Source: Desulfobacterales bacterium
GTDB taxonomy: Bacteria > Desulfobacterota > Desulfobacteria > Desulfobacterales > C00003060
DNA length: 38,991 bases
Reading direction: 5' to 3'
Assembly: GCA_030616425.1 (NCBI GenBank)
Contig: JAUWXJ010000002.1
Span: 1 to 38,991 of the forward strand
This document shows positions 6,944-15,486 of the stretch, piece after piece (positions within the stretch are counted from its first letter, which is position 1; the number at the start of each line of letters is the position of its first letter). The notes beneath the pieces were generated by a model. The model searched no databases and was not told the DNA's origin. It saw nothing but the letters and a program-made list of their open reading frames with translations. The translations under genes were made by a program, and so were the position numbers.

Positions 6944-9070
6944 ATGAAGCGCTGGACTGCTGTTTTTCTACTGATCTTGGTCTGGTTCCGGGGGGTCTAT
7001 GCCGGAGATGATATACATGGTTCGGCCAGCCTTTCTTATCGCTCCACCGAAACAAAGACTGCCCAAGAAAAAAAGAGCAGCTGGAGCTTCAACCAAACAT
7101 ATAACATAGGCCTTACCAAGGAGTTTACGCCTAAAGTAAATTTCACTGCCAACCTTGGCGTCAATGTCACAGAAACAGATGATACAAAGACCACGCGGCT
7201 CTATCCGGATATGAGGCTGAATCTGTCAAATGAATATTTTAGGGCCGATACCGGGTATCAGTTGATCGAAAGGGGCCTTGACATCTTGACCATGGTCTCA
7301 GACGAGGAGCGGTTCACCACTGAATCCTGGAATACCAATTTTTCCACAAAACTCGAAAAATATCCGAAGCTCCGACTCCGTTACAACCAAGACAAATCTT
7401 ATGACCACCTGTCGGTTCACAAGACAAATACCCAAACAAACAGGTTTTCCGGAAGCGCTGATTATGCCTTCCGTTTCTTGAATCTTTACTATGACTATAC
7501 CAATAACATTTCAGAGGATTATGTTGCAGACAGTACCCAGGAGACTAATACCCATGACGGGAGAGTAAATTTCAGAAAGTCTTTTTGGAGGAACAAGGTA
7601 ACATCGTCCGGAAGCTATTCGCTAAGGGAGAGCAAGACGGAGACAACAACAAGGGGACAGGATGTCGAGGTTGCCGAACAAAAGAGCCCCACTGCAGGAT
7701 TGTATTCTGGCGACCCTCCTAATGTTTTGATCATAGAGCTTGACCCTGAAGCCGAGCTCATAGATGGCGACAAGGCCAATAGTACGGATTCGGACATAAA
7801 CATCGGTGTTGACACCAACCAGAACATCGGGCTGGAGCTCACGTTTTCCGCAGAGATTAATAAGATATATCTTTATACGACCACGCCAATTGACGGTTTT
7901 AACGAGGACGCCTTCACCTGGGCCGTGTATAGTAGCAGTGACAACATTACCTGGGCATCGATAACCTCTTCGGAAGATTATAACGCGAACCAGGAGAGGT
8001 TTGAGTTCTCTGTTACCGAAACGGCCCGCTATTTTAAGGTGGTAAACACGGCAAACGACAATCACGCCCTCGAGGTAACAGAGATCGAGGCTTACGGCAC
8101 TACCACCCAGACATCTTATACCTCAAGCGAGACGGTGAGCACCACGGAAACCGTCAATGCCAATCTTGGTTTTCGGCCCTTTACGTGGCTCTCCTTTACA
8201 TATGACGTCAAGCAAGACATGCAGAAGGACGACGAGAGTGGGGCCGACGCAACTAAAACCAGGCGGTCGACCCAGAATATAAGCGGTCTTCTTGGAAAAG
8301 GATTTCAGGTTCACAAGTATCTGATGGTCCGGCCCCAGTATCAAAAGTGGTTGGAATTTAAAGATGAACCTGATGCAGAGACAAGGAGTTCGACCGATAC
8401 GTACAGGGTACATTTTCTTTCATCCCCGTTAAAAACGCTTGATACCGACCTTTCCCTGAACCACAGCGTATCAAAAGATGAGGATGTAACACAATCAAGG
8501 AACTCATCCGCTCTGCTGCATATAGCGGCCAAACTCCGTGAAGGGGCGGATCTGGACATAGACGCCAACATGTCCCGGACTGAGAATCTTTCAAGTGAAA
8601 CCGTGTCAACAACCAGAACTCTTGATTCAAACCTCCGCCTTAAGCTTACCAGCGCGTTGACAACTGAGATAGAGTATAATAAAACCTGGACCGAAACTCA
8701 AAATATCGCCCCAGGCCCGAGCGAGGGTACCAGCGGGCGTAATTCCTCTGCTAAGGCCACCATTTACTGGCGGCCCTCACACGATTTCTATTTCAGAGGA
8801 TCATACAGCGTTGACCGGGACGAAGAGGCAGGGGATGAAACCTCTCAGCAGGACTATGACCTGAACTGGTTGATTACCGAGAAGATACAGCTCAGTATGG
8901 GCTATGACATAGACAGGAATGATACGGTCCAGACAACCTATTCCTCTGACCTTTCGTGGGGCCTGAGCCGGACGTTCACGCTCAGGTTCGGATTTAACTG
9001 GACTCGGAAAGAGGCCGATACGGAAACAGAAACGCAAGTCGCAACCGTAGATCTCTCAGCACGGTTTTAG
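6944..9070 (+). CDS. Predicted outer-membrane beta-barrel protein with an inserted F5/8-type-C (discoidin)-like domain
   Basis: Signal peptide ending VYAGDD. Long runs of alternating hydrophobic/polar residues rich in T/S/N/Y are typical of OM barrels, and the C-terminus ends ...VDLSARF. Residues ~255-385 (nt 7706-8098) read ...LIDGDKANST...FTWAVYSSSDNITWASI...ARYFKVVNTANDNHALEVTEIEAYG, which is a discoidin-like signature. Confidence 0.6.
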   Translation: MKRWTAVFLLILVWFRGVYAGDDIHGSASLSYRSTETKTAQEKKSSWSFNQTYNIGLTKEFTPKVNFTANLGVNVTETDDTKTTRLYPDMRLNLSNEYFRADTGYQLIERGLDILTMVSDEERFTTESWNTNFSTKLEKYPKLRLRYNQDKSYDHLSVHKTNTQTNRFSGSADYAFRFLNLYYDYTNNISEDYVADSTQETNTHDGRVNFRKSFWRNKVTSSGSYSLRESKTETTTRGQDVEVAEQKSPTAGLYSGDPPNVLIIELDPEAELIDGDKANSTDSDINIGVDTNQNIGLELTFSAEINKIYLYTTTPIDGFNEDAFTWAVYSSSDNITWASITSSEDYNANQERFEFSVTETARYFKVVNTANDNHALEVTEIEAYGTTTQTSYTSSETVSTTETVNANLGFRPFTWLSFTYDVKQDMQKDDESGADATKTRRSTQNISGLLGKGFQVHKYLMVRPQYQKWLEFKDEPDAETRSSTDTYRVHFLSSPLKTLDTDLSLNHSVSKDEDVTQSRNSSALLHIAAKLREGADLDIDANMSRTENLSSETVSTTRTLDSNLRLKLTSALTTEIEYNKTWTETQNIAPGPSEGTSGRNSSAKATIYWRPSHDFYFRGSYSVDRDEEAGDETSQQDYDLNWLITEKIQLSMGYDIDRNDTVQTTYSSDLSWGLSRTFTLRFGFNWTRKEADTETETQVATVDLSARF

Positions 9071-9083
9071 AGGTACAAAAACA

Positions 9084-9653
9084 ATGAAAAATTCCAAGTA
9101 TCTATTTCTTGCCCTGTTGTTCGTCGTCTTCTTTTCAGGATGCAGTGTCCCCATAAGTTATATCCATCCCACAGCAGACCTTACATATATCAAGACAGTC
9201 GCTATTGTACCTTTTCAAAATCTTACTCAGCAAAAAGGGGCGGAAGGCAAGGTAATGAATGTCGTGGCCTCAGAGGTGTTAAGGCGGGGTGTGTTTGATG
9301 TTGTTGAATTCGGAGAGGTCACCAAGGTGCTGAAGGAGGAAGGTTTAAAAAGCGACGGCTCAATCAGCAAACGTGTGGCAGAAAGAGCGGCAAAGCGCTT
9401 GAATGTTGAGGCTTTCATAGTAGGCGCGGTTGAAGAGTACGGTGTCTCGCAAATAGGCGAAAGCTCATATCCAGAAGTCTCGGTCTCCTTAAAGTTGTTA
9501 GATGCAAAATCTTATAAGATCCTATGGGAAACGACGCACAGCGTAAAAGGGACAACGGTCCTAGATCGGCTCTTTGGTATCAGCAAGAAAAGCACGAGCG
9601 ATCTTGCAAAAGAGCTTGTTGCCGAGATGTTTGATACGTTGTTTGGGGGATAG
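9084..9653 (+). CDS. Lipoprotein, DUF799/GNA1162-like (TolB-N/LpoB-like fold), paralog 1
   Basis: Lipobox FFSGC. The pattern VAIVPFQNLT...VLRRGVFDVVE...VEAFIVGAVEEYG...LKLLDAKSYKILWE is shared with the two following genes. Confidence 0.55.
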   Translation: MKNSKYLFLALLFVVFFSGCSVPISYIHPTADLTYIKTVAIVPFQNLTQQKGAEGKVMNVVASEVLRRGVFDVVEFGEVTKVLKEEGLKSDGSISKRVAERAAKRLNVEAFIVGAVEEYGVSQIGESSYPEVSVSLKLLDAKSYKILWETTHSVKGTTVLDRLFGISKKSTSDLAKELVAEMFDTLFGG

Positions 9654-9661
9654 TATCAATC

Positions 9662-9686
9662 AATAAGCTGGATATCTTATTTTTTC
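9662..9686 (+). terminator. Weak AT-rich hairpin plus T-run after the 9084 gene
   Basis: AATAAG-ctggatat-CTTATT followed by TTTTT. The stem is only 6 bp and AT-rich. Confidence 0.2.
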
Positions 9687-9811
9687 TAAGTACATGTTTT
9701 CATAGGCAAAAGCAGGAAAATACGTGATCGAATTTATGAGTTAGAGCACTAAGTCCCTAAGTCTGGGCCCACCATTTTTGAAAACGTATCTGGACGTAAA
9801 AGATTCATTTA

Positions 9812-11335
9812 TTGAAAAAAGATACACTCATCATTGTTGTATTGATCCTTTTTGTTTGTCTACCGATTCATAGCTATGGGAAAAAGGAGTGGCCTATCAA
9901 GAAAAATAATGTTGCGGTCATGCCCTTTGGAGCCTTCACCATTGGTTCCCTCTCCTTTGATTTTACTCATCTGGTCAGAGATCGCCTGATGGATGACAAA
10001 TTCAGCCTTATTTCTCAGGACACGTTGGAAGCATTCCTTGTGGAAAAAAGAGTCCGGAGGACAGATTTCTTAGACCGGGCAACTATCAGGGAGATGGGTA
10101 TGGCCTTGAACGCAGATGCCTTGATAATCGGTTCTGTGGATGTCCTTGCTGGTGGTGAAAATCCCCGGATCGCCATGAGCGCCCAGATGATAGACTGTGT
10201 AGAGTCCTCTGTTGTATGGGCTAACTCCATTTCGTATACCGGGGAAGACTTTGCCGGCTTTCTTGGCATAGGTAAGATAAATTCCCTTCAAAGGCTGGCA
10301 GAAATAGCAGTAAGAGATCTTCTTAAGGGCTTACCCACTGAGGTCCGTGTAGATGATGGGCTGGCAAGGCCATTTGAAATTGTACAAGCGAGCTTCTTCC
10401 CCAAGGTGCTGAAAGGTGGCCAGACAACCAACGTGTCAATTGAGGTAAGGGAGATTACAGGAAAGCCCAAGGATATTAAGGCCTTTGTCCTTGACACCGA
10501 GGTCGTCCTTAAAACAGAGGCCGGAGAATGGTATGCTGGAACGTTAACTGCCCCGACCATTGAAGGGGTATACCCCTTGAGAGTTTATGTAACAAACCAG
10601 GATAATACGCTTTTCAGCATGGATGATTTGGCTGAACTGACAGTCGACAACACCCCGCCCGAGTTTTTCGTTTCATTCCGCCAAAGGCTTATATCGCCTA
10701 ATAACGATGGTAAAATGGACGACATAATGTTCTTCCCCGAAATCCTGAAGGCAGATACCATAAGAAACTGGAGGGTTGAGATTACTGATGAAGCCGGAAC
10801 GGTTATGAGATCAGAAGAGAGTATTGGGAGCTTGCCAGGGGGGTTTATCTGGCGGGGTGAGAACAATAAGTATAAGCGGGTTAAAGATGGAACTTATTTT
10901 TGCCGGTTGATGTTGGAAGACAAGGCTGGTAACAGGTCGGTTTCACCAAAAGAGGCTATAGTAGTCGACTCAACACCGCCTGAAGTGGATGTGGTCCTTG
11001 CTGCTGAAGATGATGAAGGGATAACCATAGAGGTAAAAACCAAAGATATTGACAAAATGGGGGGCTGGGAGTTAATCATATATGATAGAAAAGGGAATGA
11101 GGCAGGCAAGTTTGAGGGCAAAGGGGATATACCAACGACACTAAACTGTACATTGAAGCAGAATCAGGAAGGCCCAAGCCTGGAAAAAGAGGGCTTCTTG
11201 GCCTATTCACTTGAAATTAGCGACATTGCGGGAAACAGGTTAGAAAGAGAAAAAGAACCTCTGAAGCCACCCCGACCAGAGGAACCTGAGAGAGAACCGT
11301 CTGAGAAAAAAGAAGTATGGGTGGAGGATTTTTGA
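9812..11335 (+). CDS. Exported protein: N-terminal DUF799/LpoB-like module (paralog 2) fused to FlgD-Ig-like beta-sandwich domains and an acidic Pro/Glu tail
   Basis: TTG start as called by the ORF track, followed by a signal peptide. The N-terminal module reads VAVMPFGAF...ADALIIGSVDVL...MIDCVESSVVWAN. The Ig-like segment reads VDNTPPEF...ISPNNDGKMDDIMFFPE...WRVEITDEAGTVMRS...WRGENNKYKRVKDGTYFCRLMLEDKAGNRS...VDSTPPEV. Confidence 0.6.
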   Translation: MKKDTLIIVVLILFVCLPIHSYGKKEWPIKKNNVAVMPFGAFTIGSLSFDFTHLVRDRLMDDKFSLISQDTLEAFLVEKRVRRTDFLDRATIREMGMALNADALIIGSVDVLAGGENPRIAMSAQMIDCVESSVVWANSISYTGEDFAGFLGIGKINSLQRLAEIAVRDLLKGLPTEVRVDDGLARPFEIVQASFFPKVLKGGQTTNVSIEVREITGKPKDIKAFVLDTEVVLKTEAGEWYAGTLTAPTIEGVYPLRVYVTNQDNTLFSMDDLAELTVDNTPPEFFVSFRQRLISPNNDGKMDDIMFFPEILKADTIRNWRVEITDEAGTVMRSEESIGSLPGGFIWRGENNKYKRVKDGTYFCRLMLEDKAGNRSVSPKEAIVVDSTPPEVDVVLAAEDDEGITIEVKTKDIDKMGGWELIIYDRKGNEAGKFEGKGDIPTTLNCTLKQNQEGPSLEKEGFLAYSLEISDIAGNRLEREKEPLKPPRPEEPEREPSEKKEVWVEDF

Positions 11336-11344
11336 CATGAGGCT

Positions 11345-11929
11345 TTGATTCTTATGCAAGGCCGGCTTTTTTTTCTATTGATCAGCCTGTTCTTAGTTGT
11401 CTGTCCCGGATGTTATTCTCGTCCAGGCCCAAATAGTTACCTGAGACCTGGTACCGACCAGTCAAAGATCGACAAGGTTGCGGTCTTTCCGTTCCACAAC
11501 AACACTCAAGTGTCTGAGGCCAGCAGTATTGTGACCAAGGCCTTTATCACAGAGCTGTTTGAAAGGAAAAAGCTTAAGGTCGAATTTCCGGGTAATATAA
11601 GAAGCTTCCTTGTCAGTAAGCGAATTATTGTAAGGACAGGCGTCGATCTTGAAACCATAAAAGTAATGGCCAAAAGACTGGGAGTCGACGCCGTTATCTT
11701 AGGGGAGGTAGATGAATACATAGGTGTGGATGACAGAAAAAAAGCTGTCATTCCTGTTGTTTCTATCAGGTCCAGGATGGTGGACGGCCGGAGCGGCAAG
11801 ATCCTGTGGATGGCGCAACACAGGAGAATAGGTAATGATTATATAAAAGTTCTCGATTTTGGAAAGGTAAGGTCGGTAGCCGCATTGACTCGAAGGGTTG
11901 TCAAGGAAATGATCCAGACCATGCCGTGA
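11345..11929 (+). CDS. Lipoprotein, DUF799/GNA1162-like, paralog 3
   Basis: TTG start and a Cys-containing signal end, LVVCPGC. The pattern VAVFPFHNNT...VDAVILGEVDEY...MVDGRSGKILWMAQH parallels 9084-9653. Confidence 0.55.
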   Translation: MILMQGRLFFLLISLFLVVCPGCYSRPGPNSYLRPGTDQSKIDKVAVFPFHNNTQVSEASSIVTKAFITELFERKKLKVEFPGNIRSFLVSKRIIVRTGVDLETIKVMAKRLGVDAVILGEVDEYIGVDDRKKAVIPVVSIRSRMVDGRSGKILWMAQHRRIGNDYIKVLDFGKVRSVAALTRRVVKEMIQTMP

Positions 11930-12001
11930 GGGTGGCATTCGTTATTTGATATTTGATAATGGTCAATATCAATCGTCAATCATCAATCGATAAGTATCAT
12001 T

Positions 12002-13450
12002 ATGAGAAAACTGTCAGTATTCGCCTTTATACCTCTTCTGTGGTTTGTGGCCGCAGATAATAAGGCCCTTTATTGTGCTTCCGAGCATACAGCGGTCCTT
12101 GCTGAAGTAAAAGGTGAGATTATAGATGAAAGGGGGCTTCAGGACAGAATCGATACCATCCACAAGTTTAAGCCGCTGATCAAACCTGATGGGGGGGTGG
12201 GCGGTATCAATATCTTAGACCTTCTTGAACAGATGATCAACGAGCGCCTTATGATCCAGGAAGCTTACAGGGTCGAACTGGACAAGGATCCTGATTTTGA
12301 AAAAAGGCTTCAATCCTCCATAAGAAACCAATCTGTTACCAGATTGAGAAAAGAAGAGGTGCTTGACAAGATCAATATAAGCGAGGAAGACCTGCTTGGC
12401 TACTTCAAAAAACATTATAAAAAAGACGGGCCTGTATCAGATGAAGAGTTTCAGAAAAAGAAAAGGCGAATCCGCAAGAAGCTAAAAAGGGAAAGAGAGA
12501 AAGAGCTGTCTGACAACTTTGTTGCGATGTTAAGAAAGGAATCAGATATCTGGATCGACAGGGAGCTGCTTAATTCACTTGACACTGAAAAGGATTATAC
12601 TGCGAAAAACCCAATAATAGCACGCGTCAATGGCGAACCAATCCCCCTGAATGACATGCTGCACGATATGAGACAGGCATTTCAAAAAAGGGGCAGGATG
12701 TACAGCAGGTTAAAAGATAATAGCGAGCAAGAGAGGCTGCGTGAAGAGTTAAAGCAACAGACGCTGGATGCCCTGATCACCTACAAGTTGATCGAGCAGG
12801 AGGCATTAAGGCGTAATTACCTTAGAGACCCGGCCTTCATGGAAATTATTAGAAAGCGAAAAGAGCGTTTGCTCATTGATCAATTTAAGGAAAAAATAGT
12901 CTATCCCCTTGCTATTCCAACAAAAAAAGAGTTGACAAAGTACTATGAAGAACATATAGACAACTTCAGAAAAGGTTATCAGGTTTGGTTTAGCGAGATG
13001 ACCTTTCGAGCCCGGGAGGATGCTGAAAAGGCCCTGAAGGAATTAAAGCAAGGGGCAAACTTTGAATACTTGGCTACCCATGTGTCAGAAAGGTGGACAC
13101 CGAAGCAAGCGCGCGTATGGGTCAATACTGATAGGTTTCCTCTTGGGATCAGAAAAGAGCTGAATCGGCTGGAGGTCGGACAAACAAGCGATGTCCTCGC
13201 TGATGGCAGACAATACAAGATCATAAAATTAAAGGGGAAAAGAGGGGGGGCGCCCGAGGAATTTTCCCGTGTGGCTCGGAGCTTGAAGAAAATAGTTGCA
13301 CAGCAAAAATTCAACACCGCGCTTTCCGATTACTTGGCCAAATTGCGCAAAGAATCCAACATCAAGATCGATAAAAAAGCCCTGAACAGGATAGAAGAAA
13401 AGTACAAGGCTGGGCCTGCTGAAGAAACTGAAACCACGTCTACAGAATAA
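12002..13450 (+). CDS. SurA/PpiD-like periplasmic chaperone with a degenerate parvulin (PPIC-type) domain
   Basis: Signal peptide, then a SurA_N-like helical N-terminus (LLEQMINERLMIQEA). A central charged coiled region follows. A parvulin-like block reads YQVWFSEMTFRAREDAEKALKELKQGANFEYLA...GQTSDVLADGRQYKIIKL. The usual HxSHIL His residues are not evident. Confidence 0.5.
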   Translation: MRKLSVFAFIPLLWFVAADNKALYCASEHTAVLAEVKGEIIDERGLQDRIDTIHKFKPLIKPDGGVGGINILDLLEQMINERLMIQEAYRVELDKDPDFEKRLQSSIRNQSVTRLRKEEVLDKINISEEDLLGYFKKHYKKDGPVSDEEFQKKKRRIRKKLKREREKELSDNFVAMLRKESDIWIDRELLNSLDTEKDYTAKNPIIARVNGEPIPLNDMLHDMRQAFQKRGRMYSRLKDNSEQERLREELKQQTLDALITYKLIEQEALRRNYLRDPAFMEIIRKRKERLLIDQFKEKIVYPLAIPTKKELTKYYEEHIDNFRKGYQVWFSEMTFRAREDAEKALKELKQGANFEYLATHVSERWTPKQARVWVNTDRFPLGIRKELNRLEVGQTSDVLADGRQYKIIKLKGKRGGAPEEFSRVARSLKKIVAQQKFNTALSDYLAKLRKESNIKIDKKALNRIEEKYKAGPAEETETTSTE

Positions 13451-13453
13451 TAT

Positions 13454-15403
13454 ATGAAACTAACAAAGGCAGCATCATATTCATTGTTACTCCTGGGAAT
13501 AATCCTTATCGCTTCCACTTCTTGTGAGAAAAGGGTCCCCGGGTTTGTCAAAAAGAAGTGTGTTGACTGTCACCAAAAAGAGGCCAAGCAATTTAAAGCG
13601 GCAAAGGTAGTGCATTCTCCTGTTTCCAAGGATGAGTGTGATGCCTGCCACAGGCCTCACGGGGTCATAGGCGGCGTTTATTTGAAGACCAGCCCACAGC
13701 AGCTTTGCTTTACCTGTCATACGGATAGCAAAGCCATGCTTGACAAAAAACATGTCCACACGCCGGTAAGTGAGAAAAAATGTGTCGGCTGCCACAATCC
13801 CCACTCCTCCATGAACAAAGACCTATTAATAGGGAAGGGAAATGAGTTCTGTTTTATCTGCCATAAGCAAGGTCCTTATACCAGAGAGACAACTCATGTT
13901 CCTCTATCTAAAAAGGGATGTTTGGTTTGTCATGATGCCCATGCCTCTGACTATGAGCAATACCTGTTTGACACAAAAAACAATGTGTGCGCAAAATGCC
14001 ATGACTTCAAAAAATCTGGGTTTATCACACGGCACACAGGCTATAACGTAGAACAGAGCAGCTGTGTCTCTTGCCATACATCACATTCATCTTCCAACCC
14101 CAAATTGCTGCGCGAATTCATTCATGCGCCCCTTGACAAGAACCAGTGCGCCGCCTGCCACCACCCTGCGGAATCTGCGGAAGCCTTGCAGCCCAAAGTA
14201 GAAGGGGCTGAACTCTGCTACGGGTGCCACAGGGAAAACGAGATCGCTTTCACAAAGGCCCACATCCATGATCCGGTCAACGAAGGCGATTGTCTGTCGT
14301 GCCACAGCCCCCATGCCACGGGCAACAAATATGTAACCATTCTTCCTGATGGGAAGCTTTGCTACTCGTGCCATGAAGAGACAGAGGAGTTGTCTAAGAA
14401 GCAGCATGTGCACAAGCCGATAACGGAGAACAACTGTACCGCCTGCCATAATCCCCATGCATCAAGCAACGAATATGAATTGAAAGACCTTGGCAAAACG
14501 TTATGCTTCCGATGTCACACAAAAGATGGTTTTACCCATTCAAATATTCACGAGCCTATTAAGAAAGGAAACTGTATCGTCTGCCACGACCCGCATGCAT
14601 CGGATAACAAATTTGAGCTTAAGTTGGTTGAGATCCAGCAGTGTTACACTTGTCACCAGAAAGAACAAATGCTCTTTGACCGGGTAAACGTCCACACGCC
14701 CATAAGGATTGGCAGGTGTGTCGCTTGCCACAACCCCCACTCAATTGACAGGGAAAAACTCTTGGTTCAGGCAAGGGAGAAGCTCTGCTTTAACTGCCAT
14801 CAGGGCATGCTAGATGAGGTGAAGGGGGGAACCATCCATCCCTCTTTTGAAAAAGGAGAGTGCCTGAGATGCCATAACGAACATGCCAGTGACCATGATT
14901 TTCAACTGATCGAAACAAGAGGAGAGAATTGTTACCGGTGTCATGCCAGGATTCAAGCCTCTTCTAACACGAGTAAATACAACCATGCCCCGCTCAAACA
15001 GGGAGAATGCACAGCCTGTCATAATCCCCACGGGAGCAAGATAAAGGGGCAATTGTACCGACCCGTGGGAAGCCTGTGCCTGTCATGTCATACAGATCTG
15101 GGCACACACATTAAAAAAGACAAACACAAGCACAGCCCCGCAAAGAAAGGGGACTGTCTGAAGTGCCATGCTCCCCACTATGCAAACATTGAAGGCCTGC
15201 TTGCAGCTCAGGGGGCCAGTCTATGCAAGGGTTGTCATGATCTGGAGGCTTCAGCCCTTGTAACTTCCCACAGTAGGATCGCGATAACGGGCTCTGATTG
15301 TATCGGCTGTCATGAATCACATACTTCGGAAAACAAAAGACTGTTGCACAAGGTTTTGCATCGCCCGTTTGAGGAGGGCCACTGCACAGCATGTCATGAG
15401 TAG
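13454..15403 (+). CDS. Multiheme c-type cytochrome with 26 CXXCH motifs (13 tandem di-heme modules)
   Basis: I count 26 CXXCH motifs in 649 aa. A regular unit recurs: LCxxCH, about 12 aa, H-x-P, about 5 aa, CxxCHxPH[AS]S. This is the doubled-CXXCH / c7-polymer style. The protein has an N-terminal signal with ...ASTSC. Its start lies 3 nt after the stop of the chaperone gene. Confidence 0.9.
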   Translation: MKLTKAASYSLLLLGIILIASTSCEKRVPGFVKKKCVDCHQKEAKQFKAAKVVHSPVSKDECDACHRPHGVIGGVYLKTSPQQLCFTCHTDSKAMLDKKHVHTPVSEKKCVGCHNPHSSMNKDLLIGKGNEFCFICHKQGPYTRETTHVPLSKKGCLVCHDAHASDYEQYLFDTKNNVCAKCHDFKKSGFITRHTGYNVEQSSCVSCHTSHSSSNPKLLREFIHAPLDKNQCAACHHPAESAEALQPKVEGAELCYGCHRENEIAFTKAHIHDPVNEGDCLSCHSPHATGNKYVTILPDGKLCYSCHEETEELSKKQHVHKPITENNCTACHNPHASSNEYELKDLGKTLCFRCHTKDGFTHSNIHEPIKKGNCIVCHDPHASDNKFELKLVEIQQCYTCHQKEQMLFDRVNVHTPIRIGRCVACHNPHSIDREKLLVQAREKLCFNCHQGMLDEVKGGTIHPSFEKGECLRCHNEHASDHDFQLIETRGENCYRCHARIQASSNTSKYNHAPLKQGECTACHNPHGSKIKGQLYRPVGSLCLSCHTDLGTHIKKDKHKHSPAKKGDCLKCHAPHYANIEGLLAAQGASLCKGCHDLEASALVTSHSRIAITGSDCIGCHESHTSENKRLLHKVLHRPFEEGHCTACHE

Positions 15404-15486
15404 GTGAGCCATTACTCAAGGGTTATATATTTTTAGTGAACTTATAAATTCAAATATCTGAAGAAACCGATTCTGTAGGAATAAAG

